Positions 1 through 11,515 are shown, counted from the stretch's first letter. The stretch: 64,000 nt of DNA from an uncultured Acidobacteriaceae bacterium (GCA_963797135.1 CAWCOK010000011.1:220444-284443), one strand, 5' to 3'. Notes: generated by a model not told the origin, from the sequence alone. Program-made: numbers and translations.

Positions 1-184
1 TTTCGCAAAATATCTGGAGTTCGTCCTGACTGCGGCGCATGGTTCGCACGACGATCACTGTTTGACCGTTATGGAGCACCACCTGATCACCCGGTTGAAG
101 CTGCTCGAGCCCTGGCGACGGTCTTGGCACGAGGTAATCGCCTGTGCAGGAGTCCCGAAAGAGCACTACGGGGACATGGGGCAT
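1..184 (-). CDS. Hypothetical protein, 5' part; runs off the window start (MPHVPVVLFRDSCTGDYLVPRPSPGLEQLQPGDQVVLHNGQTVIVVRTMRRSQDELQIFCE...)
   Basis: Manual translation of the minus strand gives an open frame from ATG at 184 to the window edge, with a GGAGG Shine-Dalgarno 8 nt upstream. Not in the ORF track. Confidence 0.5.
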   Translation of the reverse strand, partial: MPHVPVVLFRDSCTGDYLVPRPSPGLEQLQPGDQVVLHNGQTVIVVRTMRRSQDELQIFCE

Positions 185-598
185 GGCATGGACCTCCCAG
201 AAGATATCCGTTCTGCCGTGGAACCTGGGAAGGGCGCGGTTGCGCCAAATATTGCCTTTAACAATGACGACATAACTGCTATGGCTGGATGTATCTTCGT
301 ATGCAAAAAGTTGCTTGCCCGATGGGGAAGTCTTGATTTTTCAACAGGGTTGGGTTGTGCCGGATTGGGAACCGCGCGAGGTGATTCGGATTTTGTGACG
401 TTTTAAACGGGACGCGTTCGTCTGTGCGGAATCCATCCAATATCGCGTGCGGCGAATGAACGGGCCACGAGAACGCGTGGCTGAGGATGTGATGCCTCCA
501 GCGCGGACGCGAATTTTTGGCGGCACAGGAAAATGCGGGGGTCCCCACGCCGCTCGGAATGACACATCGTTGGCGGGCGGGAGATTTGTTGCCACCAT

Positions 599-1654
599 TC
601 AGATGCGGCGGCGTTTGTTAGGCAGTTCGCGGGCTCGGGCAGTGGACTCTCGGATGATGAGTTCAGGCTCGACCTGTACGTACTCGGGGATGGGTTCGTT
701 GGCGAGCTTTTTGAGCAGAAGCTGGGCGGCGGCTCCTCCCATCTTCTGGAGGGGCTGGCGGATGGTGGTGAGCGAGGGGACCTGGAAGGAAGAGGACTGG
801 ATGTCGTCGAAGCCGACGACGGAGACATCCTGGGGTACGCGGAGTCCTGCTTCGTGGAGGGCCCTGATGGTTCCCATGGCCGAGACATCGTTGAAGCAGA
901 GGACGGCGGTGAAGGGTCGGCCGCTCGCGATGAGCTGGCGGATGCCGGGGTAGCTGATCTCAGGGGAGTGCGAGTCCTTGGAGAGGTAGATCATGAGCTC
1001 TTTGTGGATCTCGATTCCGAGTTTTTTTGCGTTGGAGAGGGTGGCGTTCCAGCGGGTGTCGGAGTCGGAGCTGAAGGGCTGGCCGTGCATGAAGGCGATC
1101 TTGTGGTGGCCGAGGTCGCGCAGGTGTTGGAGAGAGAGATGCGCGCCGCGTTCTTCGTCGAGGAGGACGTTGCTGACTCCGGGCAGCGTGGTGTGGCCGG
1201 CGACGGTAACGGTAGGGAGAGGGGGTGGAGTTTCCAGGTGAGTGTCGATGGCGAGGATGCCGTCGACTCCGCGAGAGCGAAGGAGAGCGGGATAGGTTTC
1301 GACGAGATCCTTCCGGTGACGGTGGTGAACGGTGAAGTAGAAGTAGTCCTTGCGCATGAGGAGATCCCCGACGCCGGAGAGGACCTGTGAGTGGTAGCCT
1401 TCGCCAAGTTCGGGGAGAAGGATGCCGATGGTCTGCATGCGCTTGCCCTTGAGGTTTCGGGCGATCATGGAGGGCTGGTAGTTGAACTTTTCGGCGGCTG
1501 CTTTGACTCGGGCTCGAGTGGCTTCAGGGATTGATCGGCCGGGGGTGTCGTTGAGGACGAAGGAGACAGTAGAGGGGCTGAGGCCGAGGTACTCGGCGAG
1601 CGTCTTGAGGGAGACGTGATGTGGTCGAGCTGGCGAGGGTGGAGGCTTTTGCAT
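599..1654 (-). CDS. LacI-family transcriptional regulator
   Basis: N-terminal LacI HTH (SLKTLAEYLGLSPSTVSFVLN), hinge YQPSMIARNL, and sugar-binding domain motifs (FNDVSAMG, VPQDVSVVGFDD, LTTIRQP, ELIIRES). Confidence 0.95.
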   Translation of the reverse strand: MQKPPPSPARPHHVSLKTLAEYLGLSPSTVSFVLNDTPGRSIPEATRARVKAAAEKFNYQPSMIARNLKGKRMQTIGILLPELGEGYHSQVLSGVGDLLMRKDYFYFTVHHRHRKDLVETYPALLRSRGVDGILAIDTHLETPPPLPTVTVAGHTTLPGVSNVLLDEERGAHLSLQHLRDLGHHKIAFMHGQPFSSDSDTRWNATLSNAKKLGIEIHKELMIYLSKDSHSPEISYPGIRQLIASGRPFTAVLCFNDVSAMGTIRALHEAGLRVPQDVSVVGFDDIQSSSFQVPSLTTIRQPLQKMGGAAAQLLLKKLANEPIPEYVQVEPELIIRESTARARELPNKRRRI

Positions 1655-1790
1655 TAGAAAGCGTTAGTTTACGGGCAAAGACTTATGTTGTTGGAGATAA
1701 GAGTAGCAGCATACGGGCGGAATGATGTTGCGGAGAGTAGCGATGAAGACACCTTTGCTGAAGGCGTGGAGAATTCTTGCATGGACAAAG

Positions 1791-1806
1791 AGACAAACGT
1801 TTGTCT
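1791..1806. promoter_or_regulatory. Candidate LacI-family operator, perfect 16-bp palindrome AGACAAACGTTTGTCT
   Basis: Perfect inverted repeat with a central CG (AAACGTTT core typical of LacI/GalR operators), located between the divergent lacI and GH3 genes. Confidence 0.7.
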
Positions 1807-1930
1807 ACACTTGTGCGGCTTAGATAGGCTATGGAATTTGCTGCTTGCGACAGGTGTCGTTCGCAGGTTGAATCGATTTTTTTGCGATATCTGCCTGGTT
1901 CTGGAGAGATCGCAGCTGGAGTCTTGCCCA

Positions 1931-4258
1931 ATGCTTTTTCGGACGTCAATGCTTCGTGTATCTGTTTGCCGAGCTTTAGTTGCGGCGGTGGCGCTCTCGC
2001 TGTTCAGCTTGACCGGCAGTGATGTTCGGGCGCAGACGTCCGCGTCAGCTCGTTCGAAGGACGCTGAGGCGGACCGGTTTGTGGATGAGCTGCTGAAGAA
2101 GATGACGCTCGAAGAGAAGATCGGGCAGATGAGCCAGATTGCGCTGAACTCGCCTGAGGGACCGAAGCGTGACGAGCGGATTTTGAAGGGGCAGGTGGGG
2201 TCGTTGCTGTTTGTTAAGGACCCGAAGGAGATCGACCGGCTGCAGCACCTGGCGATGGAGAAGAGCAGGCTGCATATTCCGCTGATCATCGGCTTCGATG
2301 TGATTCACGGGTACAGGACGATCTATCCGGTGCCGATTGCGATGGCAGCTTCCTGGGATCCGGCGGCGGCTGAGAAGGCGCAGACGATGGCTGCTCGTGA
2401 GGCGAGTGCGGCGGGCGTGCGCTGGACGTTTGGGCCGATGCTGGATATTGCGCGCGATCCGCGCTGGGGAAGAATGATGGAGGGCGCGGGCGAGGATCCT
2501 TATCTAGGTGCTCGGATGGCTGAGGCGCAGGTAAGGGGGTTCCAGGGCAAAGACCTCAGTCATATTCCTGAAGATCGCATCATGGCTTGCATCAAGCACT
2601 TTGCGGGGTATGGCGCTGCGGAGGGCGGACGTGACTACGACGCGGTGAATCTTTCGGACGAGCAGCTTTGGAATGTTTATCTGCCGCCGTTTGAGGCCGC
2701 GGTGAAGGCGGGTGCGGGCTCGCTGATGTCGGCGTACATGGATTTGAACGGCGTTCCGGCGACGGGAAACAAGTGGCTGCTGACGGATGTGCTGCGGAAG
2801 AAGTGGGGCTTCAACGGATTTGTGGTGAGCGATTGGGATTCGGTGAAGAGCCTGACAACGCATGGATTCGCTACGGGGCCGGAGGATGCTGCGGCGCGCG
2901 CGGTGAATGCCGGCGTGGATATGGAGATGACGTCGACGACGTTCTTCGACACGCTTGCGGATGCGGTGAAGAAGGGCGAGGTCTCGCAGGCAACGATCGA
3001 TGCGGCGGTGCGAGACATCCTGATGGCGAAGTATCGGCTGGGGCTTTTCAAGCAGCCGTATGTTTCGGCGGGACGAGCGGAGAATGAGCTGGTGTCGGCG
3101 GAGCAGAGAGAGGCTTCGCGAAGGATTGCGGAGAAGACGGCGGTGCTGCTGCGTAATGAGGGCGGGCTGCTTCCGCTGAAGAAGGGGCTGACATCGATTG
3201 CGGTGATTGGGCCGCTTGCGGATTCGAAGCCGGACATTATGGGATCGTGGAGTTTGGCTGCTCACCCTGAGGACACGGTGACGGTGGTTGAGGCGTTGAA
3301 GGCGCGCACTGCTGCGGGCGGTCCGCAGGTTCTGTCTGCGAAGGGTGTGGAGATCGAGCGGGTTCAGCCGTCGATCTTCGACGATCAGTTTCCGAGCCCG
3401 AAGCCGACATTGACGACGGAGGCGGCGAAGGAGGCGGAGTTCAATCATGCGATCGATCTGGTGAAGCGCGCCGATGCTGCGGTGCTTGTACTGGGCGAGG
3501 CGCAGACGATGAGTGGGGAGCGGGCTTCGCGCTCGTCGCTGACGTTGCCGGGGAAACAGCAGCAGTTGCTGGAGGCGGCGGTGGCTACGGGGAAGCCGGT
3601 GGTGCTGGTTCTGGTGAATGCGCGGCCACTGGATATCACTTGGGCTTCGCAGCATGTGCCGGCGATTCTGGATGCGTGGTATCCGGGGACCGAGGCGGGG
3701 AACGCGATTGCGGATCTGCTGTTTGGCGATGCGGTGCCGGGAGGCAAGTTGCCGATGACGTGGCCGCGCGATGTGGGGCAGGTGCCGATTCACTATGCGC
3801 GACAGCTCAACCAGATTCCGGATGACTGGGACACGATGTACTGGGATGGCTCGAGCGCGCCACTTTATCCGTTTGGATATGGGCTGAGCTATACGAGCTT
3901 CACGGTGGGTGGGTTGAAGACGAACATGGCGAAGGTGGCTGCGGGTGGAGCGATTGAGGTGTCCGTGGATGTCGCGAACACGGGTAAGGTCGAGGGCGAT
4001 GAGGTGGTGCAGTTGTATACGCATCAGCGAGCGGGCTCGGCGTCGCGGCCAGTGCGGGAGTTGAAGGGATTCAAACGCGTGACGTTGAAGCCGGGGGAGC
4101 GGCAGACGGTGACGCTGACGTTGGAGACGAAGGAGCTTGGGTTCTGGAGCTCGGCGACGCATGCGTGGGGGATTGAGCCGGGGACGTTCGACCTTTGGGT
4201 GGGGACGGATTCGAACGCGAAGGACCATACAACGTTTGAGGTAACGCCGAGCAAGTAG
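1931..4258 (+). CDS. bglX: GH3 beta-glucosidase (BglX-like), secreted
   Basis: MTLEEKIGQM, GFDVIHG, RDPRWGR, CIKHFAGYG, nucleophile VVSDW, MSGE acid/base region, YPFGYGLSY, FnIII-like C-terminus. Start moved from 1685 to ATG 1931 (GGAG upstream, signal peptide follows). Confidence 0.93.
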   Translation: MLFRTSMLRVSVCRALVAAVALSLFSLTGSDVRAQTSASARSKDAEADRFVDELLKKMTLEEKIGQMSQIALNSPEGPKRDERILKGQVGSLLFVKDPKEIDRLQHLAMEKSRLHIPLIIGFDVIHGYRTIYPVPIAMAASWDPAAAEKAQTMAAREASAAGVRWTFGPMLDIARDPRWGRMMEGAGEDPYLGARMAEAQVRGFQGKDLSHIPEDRIMACIKHFAGYGAAEGGRDYDAVNLSDEQLWNVYLPPFEAAVKAGAGSLMSAYMDLNGVPATGNKWLLTDVLRKKWGFNGFVVSDWDSVKSLTTHGFATGPEDAAARAVNAGVDMEMTSTTFFDTLADAVKKGEVSQATIDAAVRDILMAKYRLGLFKQPYVSAGRAENELVSAEQREASRRIAEKTAVLLRNEGGLLPLKKGLTSIAVIGPLADSKPDIMGSWSLAAHPEDTVTVVEALKARTAAGGPQVLSAKGVEIERVQPSIFDDQFPSPKPTLTTEAAKEAEFNHAIDLVKRADAAVLVLGEAQTMSGERASRSSLTLPGKQQQLLEAAVATGKPVVLVLVNARPLDITWASQHVPAILDAWYPGTEAGNAIADLLFGDAVPGGKLPMTWPRDVGQVPIHYARQLNQIPDDWDTMYWDGSSAPLYPFGYGLSYTSFTVGGLKTNMAKVAAGGAIEVSVDVANTGKVEGDEVVQLYTHQRAGSASRPVRELKGFKRVTLKPGERQTVTLTLETKELGFWSSATHAWGIEPGTFDLWVGTDSNAKDHTTFEVTPSK

Positions 4259-4286
4259 GCGAAGTTTTCAAGAGCGAGGTTGAAGG

Positions 4287-5510
4287 ATGTTTCGTCGTCT
4301 GCTGGGTGTTGCTGCGGTTGTGTTGAGTCTGGTGTCGGTGCCGATGCATGCGCAGTTTGCGCATACGCAGGGCAAGGAGATTGTAGATGGCAGCGGAAAG
4401 CCTCTGCTGCTGCGCGGGACGAGCCTGGGGAACTGGATGGTGACGGAGGGCTACATGTGGCTCTTCGAGGGCGGGCCGCAGTCGGAGCGCGAGATTGAGG
4501 CTCTGGTGACGGAGCTGATCGGGCCGGACAAGGCGGAGGAGTTCTGGAAGCAGTATCGCGAGAACTATGTGACGCGCGCGGACATTCATCTGCTGAAGGA
4601 GGCGGGGGCGAACTCGATCCGCGTGCCGATGCACTACAGGTTCTTTGAGACGGAGAACTGCCGAAGGCTTCAAGCTGCTGGACCGCGTGGTGGAGTGGTC
4701 GTAAGGCCGAGGGGCTGTACGTGATTCTGGATATGCACGCTGCGCCGGGTGGGCAGACGGGCACGAACATCGATGACAGTTATGGGTATCCGTGGCTTTA
4801 TGACAGCCCGAAGGAGCAGGCGCACTTGGTGGCGGTGTGGCAGCGGATTGCGAAGCACTATGCGAAGAACAAGACGGTGCTTGGGCTACGACCTGCTGAA
4901 TGAGCCGATTCCGCACTATCCTTCGCTGAAGCCACTGAACGAGAAGCTGGAGCCTGTGTATAAGAAGCTGACTGCGGCGGTGCGCGAGGTTGATCAAAAC
5001 CACATTTTGTTTCTGGGTGGCGCGCAGTGGGACACGAACTTTGCGGTGTTTGGGGCGCCGTTTGATAAGAACACTGCATACTCGCTGCACAAGTATTGGA
5101 TGAAGGTTGAGCAGCCGGCTGTGCAGCCGTACGTGGACTTTCGCGAGAAGTACAACGTTCCGCTGTGGCTGGGTGAGTCGGGCGAGAACACGGATGAGTG
5201 GATTGCGCAGTTTCGCGAGCTGCTGGAGAAGAACGATATCGGGTGGACGTTCTGGCCGTACAAGAAGATGGAGAAGAGCTCTGCCGTCGTGACGGTGACT
5301 CCTCCGGAGGGTTGGGACAAGATTGTGGCGTTTGCGAAGCTGCCGCGCGCGGTTGGAAGCACGGAGGCTCGGCTGAAGGAGAGGCCGGAGCAGGCGGTGA
5401 TCGATAAGGCATTTGCGGGGCTGCTGGAGAACATCAAGCTGGAACACTGCCGCGTGAATGATGGCTATTTGAAGGCGCTGGGATTCAAGACGGTGTCTGC
5501 GGCGAAGTGA
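4287..5510 (+). CDS. GH5 glycoside hydrolase (cellulase-like), secreted; split by frameshifts near 4660-4710 and 4885
   Basis: LRGTSLGNW, NSIRVPMHY, ILDMHAAPGGQ, GYDLLNEP (acid/base), HKYW, LWLGESGE (nucleophile), GWTFWPYK, distributed across three consecutive frames. Confidence 0.88.
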
Positions 5511-5526
5511 TTCAAGGGAGATTGCG

Positions 5527-6932
5527 ATGAGATGGAAGAAGGTTGGAGCTGGTATTGACTGCGGCTCGCGATGTGCGTGCCGATGGCGTTGCGCGCGCAG
5601 GATGCTTCGGTGTGGTTGACGACGCCGGATCGCTCGTCGCTGCTGAAGGAGCAGGCGCCGGCGCCGAAGTTTGGAAGCGAGGCTGCCAGCGGGACGGTGA
5701 TTGATGTTGATGACGCGAAGAAGTTTCAGACGATGGATGGGTTTGGGTTTGCGTTGACGGGCGGGAGTGCGCAGCTGATCAGCAAGATGGATGCGGGAGC
5801 GCGGGCAGCGTTGCTGAAGAACCTTTTCACGACGGAGGGCGATGGGATCGGCGTGAGTTATCTGCGCTTGAGCGTGGGTGCTTCGGACATGAACGATCAT
5901 GTGTACTCGTACGACGATCTGGCGAAGGGCGAGACGGACGTGAAGATGGAGAAGTTTTCTATCGAACCGGACAAGGCGGACGTGATCCCAGTGATGAAGG
6001 AGATCCTGGCGATCAATCCGAAGATCAAGATTCTGGCTTCACCGTGGTCGGCTCCGTTGTGGATGAAGACGAGCGGCGTTGCGCGTGGCGGTGTGCTGAA
6101 GCCGGAGTACTTCGAAGCGTATGCGCTGTACTTCGTGAAGTACGTCCAGGCGATGAAGGCCGAAGGGATCACGATTGACGCGCTGACGGTGCAGAACGAA
6201 CCGTTGAACGAGAAGAACACGCCGAGCATGCTGATGCTGGAGTCGGAGCTCGGGGATTTTATCGAGAACGACCTGGGGCCGGCGTTTCAGAAGGCGGGAA
6301 TCAAGACGAAGATTGTTCTGTACGATCACAACCTCGATCATCCGATGTATCCGCTGTCGATCCTGAAGGACAAGAAGGCGAACAAGTATATCGATGGCAC
6401 GGGGTTCCATTTGTACGGCGGAACCGTGGAGGCGTTCGACCAGGTGCACAACGCGTTTCCGAAGAAGAACCTTTACTTCACGGAGCAGTCGGTCAACGAC
6501 AGGCGCGATGCGACGCAGATGAATGTCGCGCGGCCGGTGGCGAGGATTGTGATTGGAGCGACCCGGCATTGGAGCAAGAATGTCCTGTTGTGGAATCTTG
6601 CAGCAGACCCGCAGGCGGGACCGCACACGAACGAAGGTGGATGCGCGGGCTGCTATGGCGCATTGACGATCGACGGCAGCAACGTAACTCGGCTGGTGGC
6701 TTATTACGTGCTGGCGCATGCTTCCAAATTTGTTCCAGATGGCTCAGTGCGAATTGATTCGGAGCCTTCCTCAGATGCGCTGCCGAACGTGGCGTTCCGG
6801 ACGCCGCAGGGAAAGATAGTGTTGCTAGTGGCGAATACGGGTTCGGCCGAGGTGGACTTCAGTGTGCGGTTTCACGGAAAGACGTTGAAGACGTCGCTGA
6901 GCGCGGGTGCGGTGGGAACGTACGTCTGGTAA
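5527..6932 (+). CDS. GH30 glycoside hydrolase (GH30_3-like, probable endo-beta-1,6-glucanase), secreted; probable frameshift in the signal-peptide region
   Basis: FQTMDGFG, YLRLSVGASD, ILASPWSAP, TVQNEP, YFTEQ, WNLAAD..GPHT..GC. ATG 5527 follows AAGGGAG but is out of frame with 5571..6932. Confidence 0.88.
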
Positions 6933-6959
6933 GGCCAACCAAGATTGGGTGAGGACGGT

Positions 6960-9954
6960 ATGAATTTGAAGAGATGGTTTTGTGTGATTGCTGGTGCGGC
7001 AATGGTCGCCGCGCCAGTTTCGTTGCTTGCGCAGTCCGCTTCGTTCTACCGGTTGCGGCTGGAGGATAAGAAGGCCGTCTACCTGACTCGCAATGATGGC
7101 GGACTGCACGGCGATGGTGTCGGCGGACGATACGGACGCGATTCAGGCGGCGATCAATAAGGTGCAGGAGACCACGGGGCAGGGGATTGTGTTTGTGCCA
7201 GATGGCCGGTATCGCCTGTCCAAGACGGTGTTTCTGTGGCCGGGGATTCGGCTGATTGGCTGGGGAGCGCATCGTCCTGTGTTTGCGCTGGGAAAGAATA
7301 CGCCGGGATATCAGCAGGGCATGGGGTACATGCTGATGTTTACGGGCGGCCGTCCGCGAAACAGTGCAGCGCCGCTGCGGCAGGGAAGGCCGCAGAGGCC
7401 GATAGAAGGAGTAGTGCCGCTGAACCCAGCGATTCCGGACGCGAACCCGGGGACGTTTTATTCGGCGGTGAGCAATATCGATTTTGATATTGAAGAGGGA
7501 AATCCGGCGGCGGTGGGTATTCGATTTCACGCCGCGCAGCATTGCTATCTTGCGCACATGGATTTTCACATTGGGTCAGGGCTGGCGGCGCTACATGATG
7601 TTGGCAACGAGGCCGAGGACCTGCACTTCTATGGTGGGCAGTACGGCATTATGACGCGCAAGCCTTCGCCGGGATGGCAGTTTACGCTGCTGGACGCGAC
7701 GTTTGAAGGACAGAGCCAGGCGGCGATTAAGGAGCATGAGGCTGGGCTGACGCTGATTCGCGCGCACATCAGCAAGACGCCGACGGCGATATCGATTGAT
7801 CCGAACTATTCAGAGGAGTTGTGGGTGAAGGACTCTCGCTTCGAGGATATCTCGGGGCCCGCGGTGATTGTGAGCAACGAGAACGGGTTGCGGACTGAGA
7901 TCAATCTTGAAGGTGTTGTGTGCAGGCATGTGCCGGTGTTTTTAGGTTTCCGTGAGAGCGGGAGGAAGCTGGAGGGGCGCGGCGAGATCTATCGTGTGAA
8001 CGCGCTGACGCATGGGCTGACGTTTGAGACTGGCGCGACGCAGGGCGAGGTGAAGACGAGCTATGACGCATCGGCGTTGAAGGAGATGCCCACGCCTGTT
8101 GTTTCGGATATTCCCGCGTTGCCATCACAGGATACGTGGGTAAATCTGCAGGACCTGGGTGCGAAGGGCGATTCGACAACGGATGATACGGCGGCGATTC
8201 GTAAGGCGGTTTCGGAGCACAAGACGATCTATATTCCGAGTGGTCGGTATATTGTTACCGACACAATTACATTAAGGCCGGACACGGTGCTGATTGGGCT
8301 GAATCCGACGACGACGCAGTTCGATATTCCGGATTCGACGCCGGCGTTCCAGGGGCCGGGTTCGCCGAAGCCGCTGCTGGAGACGCCGAAGGGCGGTACG
8401 AATATTGTTACCGGCATTGGACTTTATACGAACGGCATCAACAGCCGCGCTGTCGGTGCGAAGTGGATGGCGGGTAAGGATTCGCTGATGGACGATGTGC
8501 GGTTTCTGGGTGGGCATGGAACGACGCTGCCTGGTGTCGCGTTCAATACGATCTACAACAATACGCATACGGCGGATACGGATATCAATCGCCGATGGGA
8601 CAGCCAGTATCCGAGCCTTTGGGTGACGGATGGTGGTGGCGGCACGTTTGCGAATATATGGACGCCGACGACGTTTGCGCAGGCGGGAATGTTTATCTCG
8701 AACACGACCACTTCAGGGCGTGTATATGAGCTTTCGAGCGAGCACCATGTGCGGAATGAGGTGAAGCTCGATCATGTTTCGAACTGGCAGATCTATGCGT
8801 TGCAGACGGAGGAGGAGCGCGGGGAGGGGCCGTTCTGTCTGCCGCTGTGGATTGAGCACTCGAGCAATGTGACGATTGCGAACTTTCATGGCTATCGCGT
8901 GGTGAGCAGCTACCAACCGTTTCTGAATGCTGTGCATGTAGCGGATTCGAAGGACATTCGTTTTCGCAATGTGCATGTGTATGGCGATAACAAGGTGTCG
9001 TTCGATAATTCGCTGGTGATTGACGGGCCGGTGCAGCAGATGATTCGCAATCGCGAGTTTGCGGCGCTGACGGTGGATACTTCGGCGAAGGCAGTCGTGG
9101 CGAAGCAGAAGCGTTCCGTACTGGCGAATGGCGCGAAGGTGGAGCGGTTGACGGACGGCTTTTACAACATCTCGGGCGCGGCGGTTGATAGTGCGGGGCA
9201 GTTGTACTTCGTGGATGCGCACTGGCAGAGGATTTATCGCTGGTTCCCGGATGAGCGCAGGGCGGCGATTGTGCGAGATAGTCCTCTGGATCCCGTGCAA
9301 CTGGCATTTGATAAGGCTGGGAACCTGATGGTGGTGTCGTATGGAGGGACGGGCACGGTGTACTGGTTCAAGCCGGATGCACTGGACCAGGACGTTACGC
9401 TTATAAAGCCCCAGCCAAGTGCGCTGCGTGAAGGGATGACGCCGGTGCTGCCGGTGAACTACTGGCGGAATGAGAATGATTTTGTGGCGGCGGTGCCGGT
9501 GAAGAGGCCGTATCAGTTTGTGTCGCCGGATGGGACGACCTTCATACCTGCGGGCGAGGATTTTGTTACGGGTGCTCTGTACTACGGCACGAAGATGGCG
9601 GATGTTTTGCGCGCGTTCAGCCTGGGTAAGCCGAAGGAGGGCAAACCGTTTTTTGTGAGCGACGAGAGCGCGCAGAAGACTTATTCGGCGAATGTGGCGG
9701 CGGATGGGACGCTGACGGATGTAAAGCTGTTCGCGGATTGCGGTGGAGAGAATGTCGCGCAGGATGATGCCGGGAATGTGTACATCGCTGCGGGACAGAT
9801 CTATGTCTACTCCCACGAGGGAGAACTTATCGACACGATCGATGTGCCGGAGCGGCCGATCAACCTTGCCTTTGGGGGCAAGGATGGGAAGACGCTGTAC
9901 ATTCTTGCGCGGACTTCGCTTTACAGTGTGGAGACGAAGGCGAAGGGTTTGTAG
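6960..9954 (+). CDS. Secreted double beta-helix (pectate_lyase_3/GH55-like) protein fused to a C-terminal SMP-30/gluconolactonase-like beta-propeller; frameshift near 7120
   Basis: Two 'GDG..DDT.AI..A' motifs (DDTDAIQAAI; GAKGDSTTDDTAAIRKAV). C-terminal DDAGNVYIAAG...PERPINLAFGGKDGKTLYILARTSLY is typical of SMP-30 propellers. Signal peptide lies in the 6960 frame. Confidence 0.8.
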
Positions 9955-9958
9955 CAGG

Positions 9959-11489
9959 TTAGTGCGATGAGATCTTTACGAGCACGAGAGCGTTAGGTTC
10001 GAGCGTGAGTGCTAGTTGTCCGTTGGTGAGGTGCGTCTCTTCGGGAGCGGAGAGAGCGGTCTCGCGATTGAGTTGCTCGACTTGCGTGGGCGTTGGGTAG
10101 GTGGGCTTGCCCATGGCGGCGTACTTAGGGAGGACGTTGCCATGTTCGTTGTCTACGCGCTGGATGATGGCGCGCGCGCTCGGTGGTGCGTTGCGAATTG
10201 CGAGCGTGATGGTGCTGGCGTGTGATTTGCTTAGGATGCCAGGCGAGGGATCAACGAGATTCCAGGCGGCGATGATGAGCGAGCCATCGGATGATTTTGT
10301 GACGATGGCGTTTGATGATGCGTTAGCGATGCGCTTGTCGCCTAGTTGGTGAAGCAGCGAGAAGCCATAGTAGCTGGGCTTGTTGATGCCGAACTCGGCG
10401 CGGAGGCCGAACTGGCCGATGAAGGGGCGCGGGCCGGGGCCGCCCTCTTCGAAGACATCGGAGAAGGTCCAGAAGGACATCATGTCGACGAGACCGTCGC
10501 ACTGGCGGATGGTGTTGGCGAGAGCGGGGCCGACGTATGTGGTGTCGCGGGATTCGTCGTGGCCGGGTACGTTCCATTCGGTCCAGAAGAGTGGCATGGT
10601 GGGTTTGCCTGCGGCCTTCATTTCATTGCGGACTTTGGTGATGGCGCGGCAGACGCGCTGGTCCATAGGGAGATCGACGGGTACGTTGTCAGCGGGCGAG
10701 AACATGTTTTCGATGGTGTCGTCGGCGTAGCCGTGACTGGAGACGAAGTCGACGGGGACTTTGTTGTCGAGTGGTGTGCTTGAGAAAAGCATCGACCCAT
10801 TGGGCGGCGGCGGTGGCGGGGCCTCCGACGCGGAGGCGCGGGCTGACGACTTTTAGATCGCGGGCGGTATGGTCGTAGAGCTCGAAGTAGCTGCGCTGGT
10901 TAGGGACGCCTCCCCAGAAGTCGATGTTGGGCTCGTTCCAGACTTCGAAGTACCACTGCGAGACTTCGTCGATGCCGTACCGTTCGACGAGGTTGCGGGC
11001 GAAGGCGGTGATGAGGCCGTCCCACTTCTCGTAGGACTTGGGTGGCGAGACGTTGGGCTTGTACCAGAAGGGATGCAAGGCGTCAGGGTTGAAGGCTAGC
11101 TTTTTGGGCATGAAGCTGATCTCGACGACAGGTCGTACGCCGCGGGCGAGGAGACCGTCGTAGATCTGATTAATGTAGGCGAAGTTGTAGACGGGGTTCC
11201 CGTGCTCGTCTTCGTTGTAGACGCCGAGCTCGTCGTGAAGGATGGCGTGAAAGCGGACGTATCGGAAGTCGGTGATCTGCTTTACTGCGACGAGATCACT
11301 GCGGTAGCTGTCACGGAGTGCGAGTGCAGCGCGGCCTGAGCCGAACATCTGCTCCCAGAAATGGGGGAAGGGAGTGGTCGCGGCGTTGGCGTCGATCTCG
11401 ATGCGCTCCTGTGCGCGAAGGTGAGTTGTACAAGAGAGAGTGAAAAGAATGATGAGGGCAGGAAGCGCTCGGAGGTTTGTGCGACGCAT
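9959..11489 (-). CDS. GH39 beta-xylosidase-like glycoside hydrolase, secreted; frameshift near 10780
   Basis: YVRFHAILHD, WYFEVWNEPN (acid/base), VGGPA, FVSSHGY, WTEWN (nucleophile), SFWTFSDVFEE, INKPSY. Start ATG 11489 after CAGGAG. Confidence 0.88.
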
Positions 11490-11515
11490 GCGAAACTCCT
11501 GTGCGGAGGACATGA

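Noticed and set aside
62-406. 114-aa + strand ORF
   Set aside because: No recognisable motif or SD; it overlaps a better-supported minus-strand gene start at 184.
445-565. REP-like fragments (GAATGAACGGGCCACG; AAAATGCGGGGGTCCCC...CGCTCGGAATGACA)
   Set aside because: They resemble short palindromic intergenic repeats, but are degenerate and single-copy in this window, so they cannot be supported.
2504-5900. Long antisense ORFs (574 aa, 609 aa) and similar ones elsewhere (8713..9816, 29032..30018, 51027..52409)
   Set aside because: Arg/His/Pro-rich shadows of GC-rich coding genes on the opposite strand.
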